Source: Microbotryum violaceum
Lineage: Eukaryota
Reading direction: 5' to 3'
DNA: 64,000 bases
Assembly: GCA_001244265.2 (NCBI GenBank)
Contig: CDLV01000019.1
Span: 558,001 to 622,000 of the forward strand
Position numbers and translations under genes: made by a program
Notes under the pieces: generated by a model
Seen by the model: the letters and a program-made list of their open reading frames with translations, nothing else
Told to the model about the DNA's origin: nothing
Databases searched by the model: none
Shown: positions 51,627-64,000 of the stretch, in pieces
How positions within the stretch are numbered: position 1 is the first letter of the stretch
Layout of the letters: the number at the start of each line of letters is the position of its first letter

Positions 51627-54370
51627 ATGGTTTCTTCTGCCGTTCTCGGTTTCCCCCGTATCGGTGCCAAGCGCGAGGTCAAGAAGGCGACCGAGGCCTA
51701 CTGGGCCAACAAGCTCGATGCCGCCGAGCTCCAAAAAGTGGCCAAGGAGCAGAGGCTCGCCCGCTGGCAGACGATCAAGGATGCCGGCGTCGACATCATC
51801 CCTTCGTGAGTTTCTCTTCCGAGTTCGTCCCACCCTGTTCAGCCGGTCCATGCGTGGTATCCCTCGACGATTCACGCACTGCGTCCTCGGTGGGCTTGGC
51901 AGCGCCGCTTTTCCCCCTTTGCGCGCCCGTCGCGCGCCACGTTTCGCCGCGAAAGACCTCGCTTGCTGACGCTACCCACGTGCCTGTGCCGGCCCCTTTT
52001 CGTACACCCCTATCGTTTCTTTGTTCTGCTTTCCCGATGTCTGCAGCGGTGACTTTACCCTCTACGACCATGTCCTTGACTTTTCCACCACCTTCAATGT
52101 AAGGAGCCCACGCAACCGGACTGTTGGGGCGGAGATGACCATTCCTTGGACCTTGTGCTTGCGGGCTGATCTCGGGTGCATGGACTTCTCCCCTAAAACA
52201 GGTCATCCCCGCCAAGTATGCCGAGGCCGACATCTCGGCCCTCGACCGCTACTTTGCCATGGGTCGAGGTCGCCAAGTCGGCGGCGTCGATGTCCCCGCT
52301 GGTGAGATGCAAAAGTGGTTTGACTCGAACTACCACTGTGAGTAATTGCCTCTCTTTTTGACTCTGCGGTGGAATGAGCACGGCCTCTGACCTACCCGTC
52401 GGTGCTCCCTACTCGCCCTGTGTTCAGACCTCAAGGGCGAGCTCTCGTCCAAGACCGAGTTCAAGCTCAATGACACCAAGCCCGTCGACGAATTTGAGGA
52501 AGCCAAGGCCGCGGGCATCACGACGCGCCCCGTCCTGCTCGGCCCCATCACGTACTTGTTGATTGGCAAGGTCGGCCGCGACGAGACGTCGTCCGAGTTC
52601 AAGACTCTCGATGTCCTCGACAAGCTCGTGCCCGTCTACGGCGAGCTCCTCAAGAAGCTCGAAGCCGCCGGCGCGAGCGAGGTCCAGATCGACGAGCCTG
52701 CTTTGGCGCTCGACGCGACAGACGACCTCGAGAAGGAGTACACCTCCACCTTCGAGGCCCTCGCCAAGGCCGCCCCCGGCCTCAAGATCACTGTCGCTAC
52801 CTACTTTGGCCGCCTCGAGAAGAAGTCGATCGCGTACGTCGCCAAGTTGCCCGTCCACGCCGTCCACATCGACCTCGACCGTGCCGCGTCGCAGCTCGAC
52901 GCCGTCGTGGCCGCCGTCAAGCCGACCCAGCTCGTGCTCTCGCTCGGTCTCGTCTCGGGCCGCAACATCTGGAAGAACGACATTGCCGCCTCGGTCGAGA
53001 CCGCCAAGAAGGTTGTCGCCGAGCTCGGGGCCGACCGCGTCGTCGTAGCGACGTCGTCGTCGCTCCTCCACACCCCTGTCACCCTGGCCAACGAGTCCAA
53101 GCTCAAGCCCGAGGTCAAGGACTGGTTCTCGTTCGCGACCGAGAAGGCCGCCGAAGTCGCGACCATCGCCAAGGCCGTCGAGTCCCCCGAGTCCGTCAAG
53201 GAGGCGCTCGAGGCCAACGCGACCTCGATCCGCGCCCGCCGCGACTTTGAGCAGAACTCGGACGCCGCCGTTCGTGAGCGCGTCGCCGCCGTTACCAAGG
53301 AGATGTACAACCGCCAGTCTCCCTTCCCCGAGCGCATCGCCGCGCAGAACAAGGTCTTCCCCCTCCCGACGTTCCCGACGACGACGATCGGCTCGTTCCC
53401 GCAGACCAAGGAGATCCGCGTCGCGCGCGCCAAGCTCGGCAAGGGCGAGCTTTCGGAGAAGGAGTACGACAACTTTATCGAGAATGAGATCAAGTCCGTC
53501 GTCGAGTTCCAGGAAAAGGTTGGCCTCGACCTCCTCGTCCACGGCGAGCCTGAGCGCAACGACATGGTCCAGTACTTTGGCGAGCGCCTCGCCGGCTTCG
53601 AGTTCACCGAGAACGCGTGGGTCCAGTCGTACGGATCACGCTACGTGCGCCCCCCCATCGTCGTCTCGGACGTCTCGCGCCCTGCGCCCATGACCGTGCG
53701 CTGGTCGTCTTACGCGCAGTCGCTGTCCAAGCAGCCCGTCAAGGGCATGCTCACGGGCCCCGTTACGATCCTCAACTGGTCCTTCCCGCGTGCCGACGTC
53801 TCCAAGGAGGTGCAGTGCAAGCAGCTCGCGCTCGCGCTCCGCGACGAGGTCGTCGACCTCGAGAAGGCCGGCATCTTTGCGATCCAGGTCGACGAGCCCG
53901 CCATCCGCGAAGGTTTGCCGCTGCGCCAGGTCGATCAGGAGGAGTACCTCACCTGGGCCGTCGACTCGTTCCGCCTTTCGACCGCCGGCGTCAAGGACTC
54001 GACGCAAACCCACTCCCATTTCTGCTACTCGGACTTTAACTCGATCTTTGATCACATCATCCGTCTGGACGCCGACGTCATCTCGATCGAGGCCAGCAAG
54101 TCCGATCTCAAGTTGCTCGAAGTCTTCAAGACGTACAAGTACCCCAACGCGATCGGTCCCGGTGTCTACGACATCCACTCGCCGCGCGTCCCCAGCGTGC
54201 AGGAGTTGCAGGACAAGATCGCCGGCCTGCTCAAGGCGATCCCGCAGGTCAAGGACCTCTTCATCAACCCCGACTGCGGCCTCAAGACCCGCGGCTGGAA
54301 GGAGACGGAGGAGTCGTTGAAGAACCTCGTCGAGGCTGCCCGCTGGGCCCGCGAAACCTACAAGGCCTAA
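51627..54370 (+). CDS. MET6: Cobalamin-independent methionine synthase (MetE)
   Basis: MVSSAVLGFPRIG, KWFDSNYHY, PTTTIGSFPQT, HGEPERNDMV, HFCYSDF, NPDCGLKTR. Exons 51627-51805, 52047-52098, 52202-52337, 52428-54370; strong C/G third-position bias. Confidence 0.98.
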
Positions 54371-55522
54371 AGAAAAGGCTCGGTCTGTGCTCTCCCTGTC
54401 TCGCTCTCCCGTGGTTTCCGTTCGGCTCGTCTTTCCTCCCCTTGTTGTTCGCATCTTCAACACCGCAACACAGTAGCATTCGTCGTTCGCTCAACGTGTC
54501 GACCAAACTAAAGGACTCCCCTCCTCTGCTTTCTTGATACCGCTTTCTCTTCCGCCCCCCTAAAAAAACCAATATACGAGGTTCGAAGTGCTCGACCTCG
54601 ATGTCAACATCAACCTCTTGTCCCCAACTCGTATGATTCCCCCACTCTTTCCCAAAAATGGAAACCGGGCTCGTTCTTTTTTCGTTCGGGACTAGACTGT
54701 CCCCGCTTTCCTTCTTCTCTTTTCGCCTTTGCAATAACGAAGCCTCAACTTGCTTCACCAAATTTGGGAGAACTTGCACTTGATGCAGCTGATGCCTCGT
54801 TCTGGCGTGTCGAAGCGAGTCGGATGTGGGCTCAGCATTCGGCGTCCGCGGGTGGTTTGAACATGTCCGTCCATTTGATCCTAGGTCAATACATGACTAA
54901 ATTAGATGGTGTTGATGCTGGAGAATAGATATATGACTACACTTAGTTGTTGTGTGCACGGAGAGCACGGAGAACATGTAAGCGTAGTGCAGGACATACG
55001 ATGTTGGGGAATCTTCATGTCCGTACCGCAGCTTCGCGTGTGCCGGCACGGACATGGCCGCGAATCGAGGCGTTTGACCCCTAACTTCCGTGATCCGGCA
55101 TGCATTCAATATCAAAGGCTGTGATCCGACTGACTTGCGTTGGCTCCCATCCCGATTTTTTCGTAGACATCTCTTCAAATAGGATTCACCGGTTGCAGGT
55201 CCGACCCAACGGTACCCGATCAACGCAGACTCCCGGCCGCCGCAGAGGAGTTCCGCCCCCGGCCCACATGAATCGAACGCGTTAAGTCGGGTCGAGTAGA
55301 ACCCTTATTCGCCGCGTAACAAAGAAAGGCTTAGCCCAGACATGCAGCGCGACTTTGTTCCATTCCGTCAGGGGTCGGACCTTTGGAAGGCTCAACACGG
55401 CCCAATGCTTAGACAGGTCGAGGTTCCAGAGCGCTGGACTTGCGGTTCGGCCACAGCCGCCTGCTTTTGACAGCGCACCTCCGACTCAGAGTGAGACGGG
55501 TTCGGCATCTCGTAACACACCC

Positions 55523-56400
55523 ATGGCGCAGCACACCAAGGCGAAACGCAAGTAACAACGACTTGCGCGTGAGCCTCTCAGAACGCTCCAACGAGCGTGA
55601 CGCTCCCGAGTCGGCCAGATACGGATCATGACGACACTTGCGGCGACCATCTCGCGGCCATGTCGACACGCGCGGTGCAGGCACCACCTCCAACCTCTAC
55701 ATTCTTGACGCCGGGACAGCACCACTTAGTAGCATCGAGTATTCACCCCGACTCAAGCCATAGTATCGAGAGGAGCGTGGTCAACGAGGACGATGGCCAC
55801 GACAATCGCGACGACTCCGCCACTGCATTTCCAGTTCGAGTGCCCATCGCAACAGCGATGCCATCACCTCTACATCGCCTACTTGGTCTTCATCGAAAGC
55901 GCTCAATCAGAAGCTGAGATTCAAAGGTATCGCTTTTAATCCCGACGCTGGTGCATCGCAGCCGGGGACGATGTCGTCAACGCCTTTGACTCCAAGAGTT
56001 CGGCATCCCTCAGTGTACCACCCGTGCTTTCTCGGGATCGACTGCTCTGAAATTCGATGGTACGTCTTCAAGTTTCCAGCTTGAGCTCGTATTCTGCTCT
56101 GAACAACGCTGATATCACGATGTTACGGGCTCCGCTCATGCTCAGTTTCGACCATCAAAGCCGGATGTCCTATCCGCAATTAGTGGCTAGCGTCCTCCGG
56201 ATGACGCCCTTGGTTCCCATCCATGTCACCGCAAAAGCGCATCGTTACGTTTTCCTTCAAGATGTTTTTGACGAGGTTGCTGACGAGCTCGCAATTACTC
56301 CCCAAGGTACGCAAAACAATCCAAAAGTAATGTTCCTTCGCGAGTAAATTCCAAATCACGGACACTCCCTTCTTTCTGACGACTCCTGCTTCGATTAATC
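55523..56400 (+). pseudogene. Possible decayed gene of unknown family
   Basis: Coding-like stretches broken by stops and frame changes, with an intron-like GTACGT...CTGAT...CAG at about 56060-56145. No recognisable domain. Confidence 0.25.
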
Positions 56401-58002
56401 GGTCGCCGATCAGACGGATATCTCCTTTGCTCCTCGATCGTCGTCTCCTCTCGATACCTCAAACTCGTGTCGTTCGCTGCACTGGCCGACTTTTCGGACC
56501 AATGTAAGTTCTTGAGTCGACCAGCTCGGCTCTCGACCTCCACACGCTGCCAGCCGAAGCACTACTGTCAATGGGGGTTTATCCCTTTTTCCGCATCGAC
56601 GAATGTTTGCAAAGCGATCTAAATTGCTGAACGATTTGACGTATTGCCATTACTTCAGATTTACCAGCACGCCAGCGATCGTCGTCAATTTTTTACATTG
56701 CGCTTTCGACCCTGCTGGCTCACGGACGGCACCTCTACAAGACGACTCACCGACCTTTCCTCCAAAGCGTCCGCACACGGCCGCCTGAGGTCCGCACTTG
56801 GCTCAGCAAAGTGCGCGCCCATCCCGCCCCACTCCGACTCCGCCTGTGACTCTTGAGCTGTTGCAGAGAGGAGACATACTTACTACACTGTTGAAATCAT
56901 GTTGTATAGCGACTTTGCTAAACAAAAATGTTGAGGATCAACCTAGGGAGTCATGAACAAAGCTTTAAAGTCGCATCATCAGAAGGACTCGGAGCGCTCA
57001 CTACTACAAAAAATTCCCAGAAGATTACAACGCTGCAACTTTTTGAGAAAGTCCTATCACCGCTAGTTGTCTTGAGCATCGCTAAATCAAAGGATCTCTT
57101 ACTCGCCGTTTTGCACCCCTGGAACAGATTGGAAGCGTCTTGCATCTTCCAGACCCCTTTTCCCTCATGGAAAGCCCCTTCCAGAAGTGTTTTTTGTTTT
57201 TTGTTTCCCACGCTATGCTCTCGACTCTCAAGCTCAACTCCGTACTATTTTCCTCTCTATTCCTGACGTGCAACTCAAATCTCGGCGGTCACCAAATCGG
57301 ACTCCAACGGGCGGTGACATCCCAGGATCGGGAGCGAAGATACGCGATGACCAGGGAGCACGTAGAAAGAAAGGGGACATATACATTAATTCACGACGAG
57401 AAACACGCAAAAGCAGAAATACTACGACAAAGGGGGGGGGGGCAAGGGAGGGGTCGAAGCCAGAGAGCGAGGTCCCCAGGGACTGACAGGCCGCAGCCAA
57501 GCCCCAGCTACTCGTCACCCCGACAACGCCTGATGTCCCTCCTTGGCTGAGTCTCGAGTGCTGGCTGTTGAGCCGTCGGAAGTCGGGCAAAAAACGATCC
57601 AATAAAACGAACGAGCCTTCTTCCCGATCCACGCCGTAACGACCATTCCATTCGACGAGATCCATTAAGCGGCTTGGAGGGAAAAGGGGAAGGTGGCTGA
57701 AGCATAGTCAACATCCGAGCGAGACACATGGGAAAAAGAGAAGGGAGAAGGGGGAGAGAGAGGAGATAAAAAAAACAGGGGCACTTCACATAGCCTCCAA
57801 AAACGATCGACCCTGCTTGCCGATCCAACATCCAAAAACAAGGAATGCCACTGGGCAAAAGAAAGGAAGAGAGGTGCGCAGCCTTCCACTGCGCACCAAG
57901 GTTCGAGACAGTCAGCTTCCAAAATGAAAGTCGACCTTGGAAAAGGAAGAGAGAGAGAGAGATAAAAAAAGGAAGGAAGGAAGGAAAGACTTAACTCGAT
58001 CA

Positions 58003-61000
58003 TCACAACTCCCAATCTCGAGCCCCAGGAACAAAGCCCGCCCGAGAGAGAAAATCTCGATTGAACGCTCTAAGTGCACTGGGGATCGAGGGAGGGGCCA
58101 CGACGCGGTCCTTCTCGAACCGCTGGTGGACGTGCCAGCGCAGCAAGTGCAACCGCTGGAACCCAATCGCACAAGCCAACCGAACCCACATCCACTTCGA
58201 GGTCGTTCGCCCACGACCCGCAAAAGGGGAGCCCCATAGTCAGCTGCTCCTGGATGAACGTCGACGGATCGACGTCGGTATCCTCGATACCGAGCTTGTC
58301 GAACAGGATGCGTAGCACCCCGCTCCAGTAGCTGGCCGAGTACGCGCACCCGAAAAAGTAGTGCGACACCGTCTCGATGACCGCTGCATCGTTGCCACAG
58401 AACAGACACGACGACGAAGAAGCATGGCCCTGGACATGTTGCTTCTTGCGCGTCGGTGTCACATCGTACATAAGCCGCCAGTGGGTGTCCTGCTCCGCAG
58501 CAGACGGGAACCGGTCATGAAGCCAACTCCAGAAGCGCTGCCTCCCGCTCTGAGAAGTCCCCTCGGGGAAACGCTTGACCCGAGGCTCCTGAGGTTGCCC
58601 ACCAGGCAGAGCTCGGTCCTGACCGTCCTTCCCCGGGAACCGAACCGTGTTCACAAGCCGACGAAGCTTGCGAATCGTGAACGGTCGAGTGAGCCCAAAG
58701 AAGTTGAAGCACCGAGGATGGGGATCCTCCTTGAGAGGGATCCTAGCGGGTCGCACCGCGGTCTTGGGCAGCAAGGCTTTCGCCTTGAGCTTCTGACCAA
58801 CGCGCGCCCAGACGTGCTCGTGCCGCAGGGCTGGTTCCTTAGAGTGCTGCCAGAAACCGCGTCGATGACCAACCAGAGCCCAGCCCTTTCCTTCGTCCCT
58901 CCAGTACAGGTCCGCCATCTGCGCAAACTTCGCCACTGCGTCCGCATCGTCATATGCGTGCTTGGCACCTTCAGCATAGAGTGAAGGGAGGCGAGGCGGA
59001 AGCGAGAGCAATTCGGGGAGCGTAAGTTGTTCGGACTTGATGGTTGGTAAGGTGACCCTGGCCGCTGCAACGACTGCCCCCAGCGCGTCGAGTCGCGATA
59101 CAGCTTCTCGACCCGAGCCGTGCTGCTGAAGAACCCCCACGGACTGAAATCGCGGGTCGCAGCGACGAGGGACCTCCAGCTCTCGCGAGCTAGGGGCGCC
59201 CAGATCGCCTCGTTCGAGCCCGCCACAGCATCCCAAAATCGAAGCGCCACCGAATGAACGATGTCGCCGATCGAAATCAAGCCCAAGCCACCGTCCTCCC
59301 GAGCCTGGAACACGAAATCGCGAGCGACGGTATTTCGCCCTGCTCCTCCCCAGACAAAATCCGTAAGTGCTGTCTCCGCCGCCTTAATGAACCATTGAGG
59401 CGGTATGTCGAAGGACAGCACGTGGAGGACCGTCGAGATGATGTGAGCGTTGGCATAGAAGACCTTCCCACTCGGCGAAAGTGTCCGGTCTCCAGCGGCG
59501 CGGGTCTTGGCCTTGATCCTGTCAAGAACATGGGTCCAAAACAGTTTCGAGTCACCATGGCGAAAGAAGGCATAGCCGCACCACTTGAAGCTCTCCCCCT
59601 CCTGCACCGATGGCAGCGCCTGCGCAGTCTCGTCCCGAAGCCAGTTCGGTCCGAGTGGTAGCACCAGCGTCTTGTCCGTGTTGGTCTTCCCGTTGGTTGC
59701 CTTGTACCACGCCTGCGACAGCGTTTCCAGCTTCGACAATGCCGCCGGTGACTCCACCACCACCACAGCATCGTCGGCAAACGCCAGATGCGTAAGCTGC
59801 GCACGCGGCCCCCCTGGCCACACCTTCTGCAGGTCGAGCGCGATCCCGCGCCGAACGAGGGCGTCGAGGAAGGGCTGGAACGTGATGTTCCAAACCGGGC
59901 ACGAGAGGGGATCCCCCTGACCGAGACCACACAGCAACCGCACCAACTCCGTGGGGAACCCATTGATGAGGTAGCGCACCCCCAGAGTCTCGGGATCGTA
60001 CAGAGCGCGCAGCAGGGAAATGAAACGCTCACCAAAGCCAAAGGCCTCGAAGACGTCGAAGATCCATGCGTGATCGACCCGATCGTACGCGCTCTGCTGA
60101 TCCAAGGACAAGAGGGCGCCCTCGGGGAAAACTTCAGTGCCTAGCGACTTGAGTTTTTCGAGAAGGAGAGTGAGATGACTTCCCGCGTCTGCTGAACGTC
60201 TTGATGGCATGAACCCGTGTTGCGCAGGCGGCAAAAGCTCGCCGAGCACCCCATTGAGTCGCGCCACCAAGACCTTGCTGAGGACCTTGTAGGTTGTCTC
60301 GCGCAGTGTGATCGGTCGGTATGCCCCAGTGATTTCAGATTGGCCCCCGGTTTGTTCTTGGGCAAAAGCCGCACCAGCCCCTCTGCCAAGGACGCCGTCA
60401 TTTTACCCCCCTCCCAAATCGAGTTGAACAGGTCCAACAGCTTGGGAGCGAAGTAGGTTGGCAGCGCCTTGAAAAGCTCATACGGAATGCCCGAAGGCCC
60501 CGGTGATCGCCCTGAATCCGTCTTCTTCAACGCCGCTTCGACCTCGGAAAGGTTGAAGGGCTCGTCAAGCGCCACTCTGGCTTGAAGGGGCAGCCGACGA
60601 CCGAACGTAGGGTCCGAGCGGTCGTCATCGTAGCATTTCGCTGCGCGAATAGGGTCGAGCAGGGACCGACGTGCGTTCGTCGGGTCGCCACGAGCTGGGT
60701 CCGGCGTGAAGAGCGACTGTGCGTGCCGTGAAGCAATGCCCAGCGCCTCCTGCATGTCAACGGTCTCGGTGCCATCCACATCCTCCAGCGAGACGATGCT
60801 CGTCTGGCGACTCCGGCGGTTGAGACGCGTGCGAATGCTTGCCGATTGACCTTCCCTCGAGTCGACTGACGGCACATGCGCACGAATGCGCAGCCACTGA
60901 GCCTCCTTTACCGCCAACTGATCCAACTGCGACTTGGCGAGAGCATACGCATCGCGCTCGGCCTCATTCATATGCTCACCGCGTGCCTCCAACGCCTCCA

Positions 61001-62041
61001 TCACGGATTGGTTCTCGGCCCGCAGTCGGCGCATGTCGGCACGAGTCGAGCGGTATCGTGCGTGGCCAGCGGCTGCGACCGCCCGTAAAGCGGCGTCATA
61101 GACGTCACCGAGTGGAGCGGTCCCCTCGAGTCTCCGATAGACCTCGTCGACGACCCCGGGAATCGAATCGACAAAGTCTTGATCGTTGAAGACCGTTGGG
61201 TTTAGCCTGGAAATGAATTCACTCGTGGTGGGAAGAGCAGGGGGTGGTTCGGCATCAGCAGCGTTCGATGTAGGCAATGCGAAAGTCGCAACTACGGGTC
61301 TGTGGTCCGAGCAGGGCGCATCGAAGAGTGTGGAAGCGCTCAACAACCGGTTTGCCCAACTGCGCTGGACAAGAATATAATCGATCCGCGACCACGAGCA
61401 GATTTCTCGTTTGTCCCCCTACCAAGGTAGTGATGGCGAGTGAATGCCGGGGTGATGGGATGGAGTTGTCGGAGCGTGTCGAGTGGGTTGAATGCGATCT
61501 TTGACAGCAAGGTCTGCCAGTGCGATACAGGAGTCCAAGCGCGATCGGTGATGGCCACTCGGTCGACCGATATATCCGGACAATCATTGAGATCGCCGGC
61601 CAAGATCCGAAGAGTCTTGGGCCCCGGAGCGGTGAAGTGCAGGAGCCCGTAGAAGTCGCGACGCTCTTCCCCCTTGACCGGCGCATACATGTTGATGATC
61701 TCGATATCGAGCTCCTCAAAGCGAAACACCGAGCGCAGGATCCGACCGTCGAATTGAGGGGCTTCTGCAAACACGACCGGGGTAGAGGAGAGGAGACGGC
61801 CCGCCAGAGGTGAGCCATCGGGTATAAGGGTAAGGACATGAGGTGCGAAACGAATACAAGCTCCTGGCCAAGCACTCTCGAAGCCTTCGCGCAACGCGTT
61901 GTAGCTGAGGTGGTGCTCTTGCAGGAGAATGGCCGCAGGGGCCGGCCGAAGGGTTTTTAGATAGCGGATGATTTTGACTTGGTTGACTGCGTTCTTGATC
62001 GATCGGACGTTGAAAGTCAACACGGTGAGGGACTCAATCAT
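58003..62041 (-). CDS. LINE ORF2: APE endonuclease, reverse transcriptase and zf-RVT-like domain (4 apparent frameshifts)
   Basis: TFNVRSI, LLQEHH, AGDLND, RIDYIL, SDHRPV (APE); [40 protein letters not shown] (RT); CLFC...[10 protein letters not shown]. Frame changes near 61400, 60320, 59080 and 58225. Confidence 0.9.
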
Positions 62042-62048
62042 GATTGAA

Positions 62049-63730
62049 TCAGATCAGCGCCGCCCCCTTCGAATTCCGGCACCTCGGACCTGTAACCCCC
62101 GGAACTGTTGCCCCTGAGTCGTCACCCCCTGATGCACCGTGGATCATGGCGGATCCCGCCCGGGTGACACGTCGGTTGCCGGGTGCCGAGCTCGAACGAA
62201 GGCGTCGAGGACTCGTCGAGGCTATCGAGGTCGTCGAGGTTGCCGATGATTCCGACGTGCCACCGGACAAAGGCGATGCCGGAGCAGAAGTAGAAGGCGA
62301 AGGAGAGGTCGGGGTCGAAACGGGCGCCGCTGTCGTCGTCTGCGTCTCCTTTGTTGGGCCCGTGGTCGCACGGGTCAACGTCTCTTTCCCAGTGTCGCCG
62401 CCCTCCGGTTCGGTCGAAGCGACCGATTCGCCGTCGTCGTCGTCGTCGTCACTGTCGCCGTCGTTCGCATCGTCCTTGTTGCCGGTCGCTGCACCTGCGG
62501 GGTTAGCACGAGGTCCCAGCTGGATCATGTTCGTGCCAGAGGCACGAGAGTTCAATGCGGCGGGCCCACCGTGCTTCCCATTCTTTCCAGCAACTCGGAA
62601 GCCGGTGGTCGAAGTCGAAGTCGAAGTCGAGGCCCCCGGAACAGGGGCGGCGGTGGCCGGAGTCGAAACCGGCTTCCTGCAAGTCCCCCACTGGTGTCCA
62701 GCGCGATCGCACACGGCGCAGTAGTGCGTCTCAAATTCGTGTCGCAAGCCGTACTTGGCGCCCAGGATCTCGATCTCTTGTGGCAAGGCGGCGTTGAGCG
62801 CAGCCTTCTGCGTCTCGGTGGAGCCTTGGAAAAGATCAGCATGTAAGCGAAGGTACGCGCAGTGGAACCCGTCTTCGGTCATGGCCATCGGATCCCCATT
62901 CGGATCGACCGCGAGGCCCCGCTGTAATTGCATCAGGGTATAGCCTTGCGTGCGACCTGCGCGGCCGAACGAAAGGGTGAGAGCATCATCGAGAGATTTT
63001 CGGAGCACGGAAGCGGGAATCGCGCTGGAAGAGGAGGGTAAGGTGAATCGCACCTGGACGATGTGGTTTAGGGGGAAACACTCGGGAGCTCGGTGACCAT
63101 CTCTTTTCCGTGATAGGGGAATGGACCCGCTGCAGCGGCTTCGAGACAGGCCTGGTCGGATTCGAACACGAGCTCGTACATATGACGAGCAATCGGGAAC
63201 CTCTTCGTTGCCTTCGTCACGATCGGGTTCAGCTTCACACATTTCGAGAAGAGCTTCTCGACCTCGGGGTCAAGCTCGGCGCCCTCGGGCCGCGCGAACA
63301 TGAATGGCGTCTCGGCCAGCCCAAAGTGCTCACGCAGCGCAATCTGTACAGGGCCTCTTGGGGACCCAGTACCATCCATGATGACTCGGATCACGTTGGA
63401 GGCCGGCATCGCGTCGTTTCGTACCGCCCTTTGAGCAGCTCGTGCGAGAGCCGGCGCCTGCGAAGGCGGGCTGGAAGGGTCATGCAACAGTACCATCAGC
63501 CGGCGGGTCGACTTGGAGGATGGTACGATGCCAAGGGCTTTGAAAGCCTTCTGCATCGACTTCTCATGGTCCAATCGAGCCTGAGAAGCCTGGGCAGACC
63601 AGGCTGGAGGATTAACGGTTCCTCCAGTGACCGTCTCACGGGTTTCCGTGTTGAGTGATTCATCTCTCAACACGTCACCAGCCCACGGGGCGTTGGGCGG
63701 GTGCGGGGGTGGGCCGGGCGGATCCGGCAT
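62049..63730 (-). CDS. LINE ORF1 (gag-like) with a CCHC zinc knuckle (1 apparent frameshift near 63075)
   Basis: Start MPDPPGPP at 63730; CAVCDRAGHQWGTC (C-x2-C-x4-H-x4-C); stop 7 nt before the ORF2 ATG. Confidence 0.85.
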
Positions 63731-63805
63731 CACTTCTTGTCGTCGTCCTGTAGCTCTTGAAGCGGTTGGTGGGCGACTGTACACACTACACGACGGTACA
63801 CACTT

Positions 63806-63823
63806 TGTGTGTGTGTGTGTGTG
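63806..63823. repeat. (GT)n microsatellite at the LINE 5' end
   Basis: Visible. Confidence 0.85.
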
Positions 63824-64000
63824 AATAGGATTTTTTTTTTTGTAGAAAACGTTCATCATATTGCCCCCAGTTCCTGTTCCCCCTGTTTTGGCCTACGGAA
63901 AAACTAGATGGAAGACTACGATGATAACACAAACCGCCCGCAAAAGTGCGAGAAACGAGCCAAGTCCACCAATCCGAGATTCGGATTCAAATGCCCTAGC

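Larger units (their letters stand above)
57190..63843 (-). mobile_element. Apparently full-length non-LTR retrotransposon (LINE), L1/Tx1-like
   Basis: ORF1 plus ORF2 (APE, RT, Cys-rich domain), no RNase H; about 0.8-kb 3' UTR; A-rich tail; candidate TSD TTTTTTGT at 57190-57197 and 63836-63843. Confidence 0.93.

Noticed and set aside
52424-54463. Long antisense and alternate-frame ORFs over MET6 (and over KCS1 and the LINE)
   Set aside because: Shadow ORFs from strong GC3 codon bias; no independent motifs.
56877-56884. ATACTTAC resembling the U1 snRNA 5' end
   Set aside because: Not followed by CTG; no U1 stems or Sm site recognisable.

Overview
Intron-rich, GC-rich fungal DNA, most likely a basidiomycete yeast (Pucciniomycotina/Microbotryomycetes-like; inferred from GTGAGT/GTACGT/GTGCGT donors, CTGAC branch points and gene content). 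I can support 14 host genes: a SAL1-like mitochondrial carrier (3' part), a Zn2Cys6 transcription factor, an LCCL-domain membrane protein, guanine deaminase, a PX-domain protein, an SDR, a GPI-type secreted protein, the NDR kinase CBK1, an 82-aa Costars/ABRACL-family gene missing from the ORF track, a patatin lipase, a WD40 protein, a COX18-like insertase, an MCT-type MFS transporter and a KCS1-like inositol polyphosphate kinase, plus MET6. The most unusual structure is a 6.0-kb CACTA/CMC-type DNA transposon (44022-50057, CACTG...CAGTG, 3-bp CAA target duplication) with three termini: its left 2.36 kb is duplicated in inverted orientation inside itself, forming a 5.2-kb near-perfect palindrome that stops exactly at the TIR. 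It carries a nested TIR-bounded transposase remnant and a Copia gag-protease fragment. An apparently full-length L1/Tx1-like LINE occupies 57190-63843. Single-base indels cluster in the repeats and are probably sequencing errors. Family calls are by-eye motif recognition; no searches were run.
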